DNA of 64,000 bases, from contig NC_086097.1 in NCBI RefSeq assembly GCF_963921235.1, positions 237,772,001-237,836,000 on the forward strand, read 5' to 3'. Below are positions 37,701 to 48,660 of the stretch, one piece after another (position 1 is the first letter of the stretch; each line of letters starts with the position of its first letter). This DNA is from Mobula hypostoma (taxonomy: Eukaryota). The notes beneath the pieces are model-generated. The model saw nothing but the letters and a program-made list of their open reading frames with translations, was not told the origin of the DNA and ran no database searches. A program made the translations under genes and the position numbers.

Positions 37701-37835
37701 CTCCTGAAGATGGGTCTCGGCCTGAAACGTCAACTGTTCATTCCATAGGTGCTGCCTGATCTGCTGAGTTCCTCCAGTATTTTGTATGCGTTACTTTGGA
37801 TTTCCTGCATCTGTGAATTTCTTGTGTTTGTGATT
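37701..37835 (+). mobile_element. Penelope pseudo-LTR inserted in a CR1 fragment, with hammerhead core
   Basis: CTGAAGA(37704-37710)-t-gggtctcggcct-GAAAC-GTC-aactg, followed by the pLTR body. The 5' strand of stem I is lost at the junction. Confidence 0.8.
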
Positions 37836-37946
37836 TGCCATAGATCTAGTTTTAAACTCCCCTTTTCTTGACAAAAGACAGCGACCACACACGTGTCTAT
37901 ACCACGCATAATTTTTATCAGTGAACTGATGAGCAATCAGAATTGT

Positions 37947-38432
37947 AAACGCAAAATAATCTGCAGATGCTGGGGACAAAGCAACACTCACAGCACGCTG
38001 GAGGAACTCAGCAGGTCGGGCAGCATCCGTGGAAAAGATCGGTCAACGTTTCGGGCCGGAACCCTTCGTCAGGACTGAGGAGGGAAGGGGCAGAGGCCCT
38101 ATAAAGAAGGTGGGGGGAGGGTGGGAAGGAGAAGGCTGGTAGATTCCAGGTGAAGAACCAGTAAGGGGGAAGATAAAGGGGTGGGGGAAGGGAAGCAAGG
38201 AGTTGATAGGTAGGAAAGGTGAAGGAAGAATAGGGGAAAACACAATGGGTAGTAGAAGGAGGCGGAACCAAGAGGGAGGTGGTAGGCAGCTGGGGGAGGG
38301 GGCAGAGTGACATAGGGATAGGGGAAGGGAGGGGGAGGGAATTACCAGAAGTTGGAGAATTCGATGTTCATACCAAGGGGCTGGAGACTACATAAACGGT
38401 ATATGAGGTGTTGCTCCTCCAACCTGAGTTTA
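37947..38432 (-). mobile_element. Penelope-like element 3' end (GIY-YIG C-terminus, pyrimidine-rich UTR, pLTR)
   Basis: The minus strand at about 38343-38432 translates KLRLEEQHLIYRLCSLQPLGMNIEFSNFW*. CpGs are retained, suggesting a young copy. Confidence 0.9.
38040..38077 (-). ncRNA. Minimal type I hammerhead ribozyme motif, best-preserved copy
   Basis: Minus strand reads cagtc-CTGACGA-a-gggt(tccg)gccc-GAAAC-GTT-gaccg. Stem I cagtc/gaccg pairs 4 of 5, stem II is intact, the ACGT palindrome is present and the triplet is GUU. Confidence 0.78.
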
Positions 38433-38619
38433 AGGTATAGAATTAGATTTTACTGATACCTAGTGTGTTATAATTTTAAAACTCCCTTATCCCTTAATAA
38501 AAAATATTTTGTGGATGTAATTTGGTAAACATCATGCATTCAAATAAAAATATAATCTTTGTTTTTAACATAAGTAAATATAGAGCACTTAAGTTTTTTT
38601 TTAAGTTTATGATGCTTTT

Positions 38620-39000
38620 GGTGTGGTGGAGTGCAAATATGCCTCTAGCAAAGGATGTGTAAAGTGCTCCTTCTCTTTGCCAGTCTGCAGGTCACCCTTG
38701 GGCAAGGTGTAGCACCTGCTTAGCCTCCCCCTACACCCCTCCCCCCACGCCATCAGGGTCATGTGAAGTCATGGGAGCAGCTGGTGAATATTGGAAGTCC
38801 TGGTTATGTGACCTCTGACGCCAAGCAGATAATCTCTGAAGAGTATTGATAATGGCTGGGGTCATCTGTCTTGTAAAGACACTGCCCAGAAGAAGGCAAT
38901 GGCAAACCACTTCTATAGAAAGCTTTGTCAAGAACAATCATGGTCGTGGAAAGACCATGATCGCCCATGTCATACAACATGACACGTAATGAACGAACGA
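38620..39000 (+). mobile_element. RTE-derived bipartite element
   Basis: Full copy with gaagaaggcaatggcaaaccacttc and an (aacg)n tail. Possible TSD atgatgcttt/atggtgcctt. Confidence 0.78.
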
Positions 39001-39893
39001 TGGTGCCTTAGCTTCTCACTTAATCTTAAGCATAGGTCCTAAATTGTATTCCTTTGTTTGTAAAACATTTCCAAATTTGTTGACCATTACTTCCTTTTTT
39101 CAAACAATTCTTCCTTGTTTGCTCAATGCAACCAATCTTGTAGTATGAACATTAATGAAGGTGAAGATCACATCAGAACAGTGATTCAATCTTTGTGGTA
39201 GCATTCTTTTAAATACTGCATAATCAATGCAAATGTGTTTACATATGACTTATAATAATAAACTCAAATTCCATTCTTCATGTTAAACCATCTAAATTGA
39301 TAATTGAAATTACGTGAGCCACTGGGTGATTTTAATCCACCATTTATCTCAAAATAATTGAAGTTGTATACCATACTCTTTGTTCCGAAAAAGAATGTGC
39401 AGTGGATTTACTTTCAGTATTACTTGATATTACTTCATATAATAGACCTGCAGACTTCAACATTAGATTGAAATGACTTGCAAAATTCATCTGACAGTGA
39501 GACATGATCTCAGCAAGTACTAAAGCACTGCAGAAGCAAATGTTGGGCAGATTTGCAAGCATCTCCAGAGAATTACCCTTGAGCTTTGGGAGTGAGTGTC
39601 AGATGCAGACAGAATCTGAAAACGACGAACAAGAAGCACCTAAATTGCAAACAATCACTTGAATTTGAACAAAGACCAAAGTAAGAAGTTGATCAGAAAC
39701 CAGTGTTAAGATATTTGGCTACTCTGAAAGTGTTCCTTAGAAAAAGCAATGTAGAGGGGTCCCATGCCAATTCACCGGAATGTCCACCTGAAAATTATGT
39801 GTTCACTCAAAAAGCTGTCATGATTAATCAGTGCCAATTACACTGTAGTTTTAAACATTTGCCACTTCAGGATTCCATGGCACCAGCAGAATC

Positions 39894-40334
39894 TCATCAT
39901 CAACATCATTACGTGCTGTGTCAAATGACATGGGTGATCCTGGTCTTTGAATGGCAAACCATTTATGTCGAAAAATTTCCAAGAACGATCATGGTCTTTG
40001 ACTATTATTGTTCTTGGAAATTTTTCTACATAAGTGGATTGCCATTGCCTTCCTCTGGGCAGTGTCTTTACAAGATGGGTGACCCCAACTATTATCAATA
40101 CTCTACAGAGATTGTCTGCCTGACGTCAGTGGTTGCATGACCAGGACGTGATATGTACCAGCTGCTCATACGACCATCCACCACCTACTCCCATGGCTTC
40201 ACATGATTCTGATCCAGGGTGAGGGGGGTGCTAAACAGGTGTTACGCTTTGCCCAAGAGTGACCTGCAGATTAGCGGAGGGAAGGAGTGCCTTTCACCTC
40301 CTTTGGTAGAGCTGTATTTCCACCCTGCCACCCA
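39894..40334 (-). mobile_element. RTE-derived bipartite element with internal inverted duplication
   Basis: Colinear with the other copies, plus an extra inverted 37-bp segment at 39950-39986. Confidence 0.78.
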
Positions 40335-41544
40335 AGATGAATCTAACAAGCACTAATAAAAGTTACACTAAAAATCAACAACACGAGAAGAACTTAGTAG
40401 ACCAGGCAGCTCCTGTGGAAACATAAATAGCTTATAAGTGTGTGATCAATATCTGATGAAAAATTGATGCCTGGAAATACATGCGTGTTTCTCTTTATAG
40501 CTGAAGTCTCACAGGATGAATGTTTTCAGCAGAGTTTATTTTTATTTCAGATTTCAAACATTCTTTGTATTTTCCTTCAGACTAATTAAAGTCATGCCCT
40601 CAGCTCTTGAGGAGGTGCTAACTCACTTCAACTACTGCTGGAAGATATTCCAAACTGACGGAAAGCTTCGCTACGGCAGTGGCTATCTGCATAAAATTCT
40701 CCAAAAATGCATAGCAAAAGTGTTAGAAACCAGGCAAGGCAAAATATTCTCGACTTGTTGGTCCACTACACTCAGCTCTCCATCACCTTGCAAACAATCT
40801 CCTCTGCCACTCCTATCTAATATTCAATTGGTTACTCATTTCCCCATAGGAACATTCCAGATATAGCCTCAGTCAAGACCTTGCAAGCTCATCGTATGAG
40901 GAAAAGCATGGACACAAGAGATTCTCTAGGTGCTGGGAATCTGAATGAAGTGAAACAAACCAAAAACACTGAAAGGATCTTTGTGCAGATAGGCCTTATT
41001 CTCTAGCTTGGCCGACTGTCAAATTTGTCAAGAACTCTGACGGTTTCTGAACATTTCAGGAACATTCAATGGTGCAAAAATGATTAAAATTGTTGAATTA
41101 TGAATATTAATTAAAATGTATTGTAAATTTAAAATACTTTAATGCTGGAACCTGTAAAAACACTTAAATTATTACAATGAAATGAAGTCAAACTATTTAA
41201 AGCTAAATAACTACTTTAGTACCCCTTCTTGCAGCTACCATCAAGTAGGACGTATGGAAGCCTGAGGTTCTACAAAACCAGGTTTAAGAGCAGTTTCTTC
41301 CTTCTACCATTCAGATCTTGAGACAACCTGCATGACCCTAACCACTAACTCAGCATCGCAACAAAATGACCACTTTGAGAATACTGCACTGCAATGAACA
41401 TTTTTTTTGTTTAAATTGTGTTCTTTCTTGCATAGTTTTGTATGATTTAGATCTTTCCTGTGAATGCTGCTCATTTGAAGCACTGTGCCTGTGATGCTGC
41501 TGCAGGTAAGTTTTCATTACACCTGTGCACACATAAACTTGACA

Positions 41545-41995
41545 ATAAATTCAAGTTTAATTGCCTTTCAACCATACACATGTCTGCAGCTGAATGAAAC
41601 AGTGCTCCTTCAGGGCCAAGGTGCACACTACATAAGTAATAACAGCACATACAGTCACAAAAATAATATTAGCACAACTCCCTGAGTGCCATGGCCTGAA
41701 GGTGGTGCATGGAATGTTGTCCTGCAGCCATGTTTGTGCAAGAACAAGTGCATAGCATTTCCTCATCTCACTCTAAATCCAAAATGTCTTCCAAGGGAGC
41801 AAACACTGGAGAGCAGCACTGATGGGAGAACGTGCCTTTTGTGGCCAGACCCCAACCCAGCACAAATTCCAATGTGCACATGGTGCCTCTGTTCTCCCCA
41901 ACACTGCCTCCGGCACCTCCACCCCTGGGTGGCTGTAACAGGCAAAGTCATGGCATGAGGGCCTGGTCCGTGCAACAAACGAAGCCACACAACTT
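41545..41995 (-). mobile_element. Probable non-autonomous Rex1-derived element
   Basis: A short endonuclease-like piece (VLAQTWLQDNIP) is joined to a Rex1-type 3' tail that is also seen at about 49840-49980 and 53780-53910. Confidence 0.5.
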
Positions 41996-43584
41996 TCCAA
42001 TGAGCCAATGAACCTGGCTTGCAGTATTTTATATTACCTATATCCAAAACGGTCTTACAATTACAAGATAAATGTTTAAGATACACATTTGTACCATTTA
42101 TTGGACCCAGAGAGTCTGTTGTGACCAAGCACACCACCATCTTACCAAAGTCATAAACTTGACTTTGACTTCTTTTAATCTCTCAACCATTCCTCTCTGT
42201 ATCAGATATTTGAAAACAAACTAAAACTGCTCAGAGACTAAGCAAGGGGGCGCAGGGTGAACGGGGTTGATACTATATGACATGCTATCCACAATGACCA
42301 AGCTGAAGTCAAAAAAAGTACATTTGATCCTTTATTAAGAAACCAGTAAAAATGTACAATCTTAAAATGATAAAAAAACAATGAAACTAAAACTAGCTTC
42401 ATACCAAAATAAGTGGTCTTAGCGTATTAAACATACTTAAACTGAGTGTTCTTAAAAGTACTGAAGAACATTTAAGCGGTTAACAAAAAAACCACCCCCA
42501 GATCACTTCGTGGCTCTACCCAAACTAAAGTGAATTATATCTAAAGCATGAATATGTAATTAAACTCTGAACTTCTACCACTCCGCAAACCATAAAATGC
42601 AACACAGACAGAAAGTTGATACATGGCTCCTACATTCTCCATGAAATGAGAGGAGACACTGCTCCTGTGCCAGCTCCAACCTCTCCTTACCCTGGGAAGT
42701 TCTCTATGGTAACAAGGACAAAATTTGTTGGTGGCTGTTCAACCCGTTGTGAATGAAAACCCTCCAGAATAGGGGGAGAGGAGCTACCGTCTCATCCAAT
42801 GGGTGGTAATAATGAGGCAATCGGATCTGAATGACCTATCAAAATATAAAGATTAGCTTTATTTGTCGCGTGTGCAACTAAACACACAGTGAAATGTGTT
42901 TGCGTGAACATCTAAACATACAGTGAAATACATTGTTTTGCATCAAATCAAATTAGCGAAGGTTGCACTGAGCATCTCGCCAGTGTCGCCATGCTGGTAG
43001 CGTCAAGATAGCAAGCTCAAAACTCACTAACCCTGACCACTGCCTCTCTGAAATGAGGGAGGAAACTGACGCACCCAGAGAAAAACCCATAATGTCACAG
43101 GGAGAACGTATATACTGCTTACAGGCAATGATGGGAATTGAACCCCAGCCTTACAGCAGCCAGCAGCTGTAATGTGATTACCACAGCTGCTGCATTACCG
43201 TGCCGCTGACTGCCAATGCTGATTGTGCCAGGCTAGAGACACAACTGCAAACCCCACATCCATAAAGCTCCCTTTGGCTTGTCCAACACAAGCCCTTCAC
43301 AGGCAGCCTTGTCATCAGCCAAGTCAAAGGATCATTCATTGCCAATTTATTTTATCAGATTCTTAGCACAGCAGTCACAGCTATGAGGAGGGCAGAGCAG
43401 TCCTGAAACTTTGGCTGTCCATTTCCCTCCACAGATACTGCCTGAACCATCGAGTCCCTCCAGCACCCTGTAAGCTTTTCAACGAAAAAAACATCTTCTT
43501 CTCCAGTTCACATTTTCAATTGCCGCTAACATGTTGGATATTTCTGATATGTATAACCTATATTAAATCACACAGGCTCTATGG

Positions 43585-43985
43585 CAATACATAGGAAATG
43601 CTGGAAGAACTCAGCAGGCCAGGCAGCATCGGTGGAAAAGAGTAAACAGTTGATATTTTGGGCTGACACTCTTCATATGGACTGGAAAGGAAGGGGGAAA
43701 GAGTCAGAATAAGAAGGTGGTGAGAGGTGGGGAAGAACTACAAGGTGGCAGGTGATTGGTGAAACTGGGAGAGGAGGGAGAAGGTGAAATAAGGAGCTGG
43801 GAAATTGATTGGTGAATGGATAAAAGGCTGGAGAAGGGGAATCTGATAAAGGAGAGGACTGAAGTTATGGAAGAAAGGGAAGGGGAGGAGCATCAGAGGA
43901 AGGTGATGGGCAGGTAAGGAGATATGGTGAACAGGAAAGGCAATGGCGAAGGTGGGGGCAATTACTGGGAGTTTGAGAAATCGCA
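43585..43985 (-). mobile_element. Penelope-like element 3' UTR + pLTR, hammerhead decayed
   Basis: gctggaagaactcagcaggccaggcagcatc followed by a purine-rich tract, colinear with 37947-38432. Confidence 0.8.
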
Positions 43986-44210
43986 GGCTCTATTGCTGTT
44001 ATGATTTTCATTATGGCAACACTGAATATCCTGAACAGGCAATTACAAGATTTCAGTTTGAGTAACTGACCAGTTTTGACAAGTTATTAGAACTGCTTGT
44101 GGCAGGTGAAATATACAACAGTGTCAAAACTACTGAAATATTTAATATTTTTAGAGATACAGCACAGTAACAGGCTCTTCAGGCCCCATGAGTTTGCGCA
44201 GCTCAGTTAC

Positions 44211-44621
44211 TCTCATCATCATTATCATCATCATCATTATGTGCCGTATCACATGACTTTGGCGATCGTTGGTCTTGACCATCATTGTTCTTCGCAAATT
44301 TTTCAACAGAAGTGATTTGCCATTGCCCTCTTCTGGACAGTGTCTTTACAAGACAGGTAACCCGAGTCATTATCAGAGATCTTCTGGCTGGCATCAGTGG
44401 TCGCATAACCAGGACGTGTGATATGCACGGTCAACTTGTGTTATGACCATAAACCACCCCCTCCCATGGCTCCATGTGACACTGATCGGGGGGGCAGGTG
44501 GAGGTGGTGGGGTGAGGGATCTAAGCAGGTGTTACACCTTGCCCAAGGGTGACCTGCAGGCTAGCAGAGGGAAGGAGTACCTTAGACCTCCTTTGGTAGA
44601 GATGTATCTCCACCCCACCAT
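44211..44621 (-). mobile_element. RTE-derived bipartite element inserted in an HE1-like SINE (about 44150-44750)
   Basis: (tca)n tail at 44212-44238; SINE sequence resumes after 44621. Confidence 0.78.
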
Positions 44622-44849
44622 CTTAAATTACACCCATGTGACCAATTAACCCACTAATACATACAACATTGGAATGTCGGAGGAAACCGGAGCACCTGGA
44701 AGAAGCCCACACAGTCACCAGGAGAAGATATGAACTCCTTACAGACAGTTGCTGCCACTGGAAAGGAGGTACACAAGCCAAAAGGTACTGATTATGCATA
44801 TGAAATAAATAAGGAATGCTCTTGGAAGGAAAAAAAAATGCCGTCGTAT

Positions 44850-45835
44850 CAGAATCAGAGTCAGATTTAATATCACCGGCATACGTTGTGAAATTTGTTA
44901 ACTTTATGGCAGCAGTTTGATAAAATATATGATAAATAAATATGGAGAAAAAAAACTGAGTTATATTAACTATATATGTATCCGTTTAGAAATCAGATGG
45001 CAGAGGAGAAGAAGCTGTTCCTGAATCACTGAGTGAGTGCCTTCAGGATCCTGTATCTCCCTCCCAATGGCGACTGTGTGAAGAGGGCACGTCCTGGGTG
45101 CTGGGGATCCTGAAGGCACTGCTCCTTGAAGATGTCCTGGACACTACAGAGGCTGGTACCCACAATAGAGGTGACTAATTTTACAAGTGTCTGCAGCTTA
45201 TTTCGATCTCGTGCAGTAGCCAGCATGCACTCCCCTCCCCACCGACACCAGATAGTGATGTGGCCGGTCAGAATGCTCTCCATGGTACATTTTTAGAAGT
45301 GTTCGAGTGTTTTAGTTGACAAACCAATTCTGCTGAAGCTCCTAATGAGCCATAGCCGCTGCCTTGCCTTCTTTATAGCTGAATCAATACTGTATGTTGC
45401 ATACAGGTTAGGTCCTCAGAGATATTGACTCCCAGGAACTTGAAATTGTTCACTTTGATCCTTCTATAAAGATTGGTTGGTGATCCCTCTTCTTACCCTT
45501 CCTGAAGTCCACAATCAGCTCGTTGGTCTTGCTGACGTTGAGTGCAAGGTTGTTGCTGTGACACCACTCAACTGACTGGCAACACTCATAATAAAATGCT
45601 GGTGAACGCAGCAGGCCAGGCAGCATCTATAGGAAGAGGTTTCGGGCCGAGACCCTTCATCTGGACGAACTGTTATATATCGCTCCTGTACGTCCTTTCG
45701 TCAGCATCTGAAATTCTGCCAACAACGGTTGTATCATCAGCAAATTTATAGATGCTGTTGGAGCTGTGCCGAGCCACACAGTCATGGGTGTAGAGGGAGT
45801 AGAGCAGTGGGTGAAGCGTACATCCCTGTGGTGTT
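44850..45835 (-). mobile_element. Rex1/Babar-type LINE 3' part, with a Penelope pLTR fragment at about 45575-45670
   Basis: [30 protein letters not shown] and ESILTGHITIW. The insert gctggtgaacgcagcaggccaggcagcatc...tttcgggccgagacccttcatctgg is bounded by aactg. Confidence 0.85.
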
Positions 45836-46721
45836 GCAGCGTTATTTGAATGAGTGTGTGCATACAAAAAATCCACTGCTACGGTACCAGATACACACTG
45901 GCTGCCATTGTCCATATTCCTAGATCTCCATACATTATATCTGACAAATGGAAAATCCCAGATCAAAAATTACACACTTTAAATCTAAGCAACACACACA
46001 GAATGCCCATAAACAAGAGAAAACCTGTAGATTTCTAGCATCTGCAGATCTTCTCTTGTTTGTGATTGGACACTTTAAATCTATGCGGATAACAAACAAC
46101 TGCAACTTTTCTTCTGATTTATTGACATCAGTGTTCATGGCAGACAGAAAGCATAGTGCTACAAAATTCAATACTTCCTCGAACATTTTTAATTAGCATC
46201 CTTAATAATGAATCATAAGGAATACCTTCCCCCTGAATTCTGTTGAAATCAAAAGATAATTTCCACTGTTATGACTGGCCACTTAATTCCGTCCCCGATC
46301 TCAGCATGATGTTTTCAATGAAGGATAATGAGCATTAATTTACTGTTTTCCCTTATATGTTACAATGATGGTATTATGATGTTAAATCCCACGGCCGATG
46401 ACTGTTTTCCATCAAAGGCAAAGTAAAACTTATTATCAAAGTATGCATAAGTCCAGATTCAGGAACAGTTACAACCCATCAACTATCAAGGTTCTGAACA
46501 AGTCGATAACTTCAATCATTTATACAACCGTTGGACTCACTTTCAAGGACCCTACAACTCATGTTCTCAGAATTATTTACTTATATATGTACGCATTTCA
46601 CAGTTGTCTTATTTTGTACATTGCTTATCTGTCAATCTTTGCTTGATTCTAAAGTATTTCTTTGTTCTGCTGTGAATGTCTGCAAGAAAATGAATCTCAG
46701 GGTAGTATATGGTGACATGTA

Positions 46722-47237
46722 CAGTACTGTGCAAAAGTCTTAAGCAACTACATATTGCACTGTATGCCAATGTAGAGTGCAGAGCGAGTTTATAAATCTG
46801 TAGCGGGATCAAAGGATGATGGGAAAGGTGAAGGTGCAGCATCACAGGGAGGAGTGTGGGACAGGTGGCAGAGAAGGAGCGCCAGGCTGGGGGTGGGGTG
46901 CTGCAGGCGCAAACACACCCAGCCCTGTGACACCAAGCAAGGTCAGTTGATTCAAAACAATTGGTTTACTGATCATTACAGAATTTCCATCTGGTGCTTC
47001 CTGCTCCCTCTCTCTCCTCTCTCTTCCCATTTCCCAACCATGATTCCCCTTTCCCTTCCCCCTTCCTACTCTCAGCCCACAAAAGAAACCCATATCAAAA
47101 TCAGGTTTATCATCACTCACATATGTCATGAAATTTGTTTTTTTTTGCAGCATTCCAGTTTAAAAGTTACTACAGAATTGTGCAAAAGTCTTAGGCACAT
47201 GTGTATAGCTAGGGTACTTCATTTTAGCACAGTACTG
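46722..47237 (+). mobile_element. Composite Tc1-type MITE, 516 bp
   Basis: TIRs cagtactgtgc... / ...gcacagtactg with TA TSD at 46720-46721 and 47238-47239. It splits a Rex1-type tail (ggtgacatgta|cgtactttga). A second left-TIR copy lies at 47173-47198. Confidence 0.85.
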
Positions 47238-47365
47238 TACGTACTTTGAAAATAAATATACTTTGAACTTTGAACTTATATGTTATCAGATACTACATTG
47301 ATACTCATTTTCTTGCAGGCCTTTACAGCAGAATAAAGAAATATAATGGAATTTACAAGCATATA

Positions 47366-47692
47366 TAGAATATAGAACATAGAACATAGAATAGTACAGC
47401 ACAGTACAGGCCCTTCGGCCCACAATGTTGTGCCGACCCTCAAACCCTGCCTCCCATATAAGCCCCCAACTTAGATTCCTCCATATACCTGTCTAGTAGT
47501 CTCTTAAACTTCACTAGTGTATCTGCCTCCACCACTGACTCAGGCAGTGCATTCCACGCACCAACCACTCTCTGAGTAAAAAACCTTCCTCTAATATCCC
47601 CCCTGAACTTCCCACCCCTTACCTTAAAGCCATGTTCTCTTGTATTGAGCAGTGGTGCCCTGGGGAAGAGGCGCTGGCTATCCACTCTATCT
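47366..47692 (-). mobile_element. CR1-type LINE 3' end (young)
   Basis: Open ORF LDRVDSQRLFP...FFTQRVVGAWNALPES with an (atagaac)n tail. Confidence 0.92.
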
Positions 47693-48085
47693 AGGGACAC
47701 CACTGAGAATATACTGACTGGCTGTATCACCACCTGGTATGGGAACTGCACCAACCTTGATCGCTGGGCACTGCAAAGAGTGGAACAGATGGCTGAGTGG
47801 ATGTGACCTTCCCTCCATTGAGGACATTTATAGCTGCAGATGCAGAAAGAAGGCCTGGAAGATCATTGGGGATACCAGTCACCCCAACCATAAACTATTT
47901 CAGCTGCTTTCATCTGGCAAACAGTACCACAGCATTAAAGCCAGGACCAACAGGCTACGGGACAGCTTCTTTCTACAAGCCGTTAGACTTTAAAATTCAC
48001 ATGTCTGTACATTGCAACTGAGTCATAACACAAAGATTTTACTCCCTCATGTTGTGGGATGGATGTAAGATTTAAATAAATTCTA
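47693..48085 (+). mobile_element. Rex1/Babar-type LINE 3' end
   Basis: HPNHKLFQLL...RTNRLRDSFF; same subfamily as 5163-5625. Confidence 0.85.
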
Positions 48086-48089
48086 CAAT

Positions 48090-48660
48090 TATTCTCCCCT
48101 TCAGAGATCGTCTGCCTGGCATCAGTGGTCACATAAGCAGGATTTGTGATATGCACCAGTTGCTCATATGACCATCCACCACCTGCTACCATGGCTTCAT
48201 GTGACCCAGATGAGGGAGGAGATGGCTAAGCAGGTGTTACAACTCGTCCAAGGGTGACCTGCAGGCCAGCGGAGTGGAGGAGCACCTTACACTCCCTTTT
48301 ACATCGAAGCTTGCTGAATGTTAAAGGCCTAGTTAGGGTGGAGGTGGAGAGGACGGTTCCATTCGTCAGAGAGTCCAGGACCAGAGGGAATAGAATAGCC
48401 TTAGAATAGAAGAAGCATTTGAACAGCCAAAGGGTGATGAATCTGTGGAAATCATTGCCACAGAATGCTGCGGAGGCCGGGTCATTGGGATATTTAAGGC
48501 GGAGACTGAAGGGTTTGGGTGGGGGTGGAAAGGGTGTCAAAGGTTACGAGGAAAAGGCAGAAAAATGGGGCTGAGGGGGAAAATAAATCAGTCGAGGTCG
48601 GAAGTCAGAGCGATGTGACGTGCCAAGTGGCCCGACTTTTTCCTATGTCTTATGGCCTAT
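48090..48660. mobile_element. RTE-derived bipartite element fragment (minus, about 48090-48300) abutting a CR1 3' end (plus, about 48305-48660)
   Basis: ccaagggtgacctgcagg motif, followed by gtgatgaatctgtggaaatcattgccacag and a CR1 tail. Confidence 0.7.

Noticed and set aside
39577..39615. 39-nt minus-strand micro-exon candidate (ttcgtcgttttcag ... aagg/gtaatt)
   Set aside because: Splice-like signals of this quality occur by chance in 64 kb. The peptide (ILSASDTHSQSSR) is not recognisable and no partner exons were found.
40516..40866. 116-aa ORF in non-repeat DNA (also 48704-48973 and 50591-50887)
   Set aside because: No recognisable domain or convincing exon structure; the lengths are within the chance range.
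42278..42622. Second solo LTR on the minus strand
   Set aside because: TG/CA ends and an AATAAA can be picked out, but there is no TSD and no second copy; support is too weak.
45639..45667. Active hammerhead ribozyme
   Set aside because: The core is mutated to CAGAUGA, and the cleavage triplet and 3' strand of stem I are deleted.
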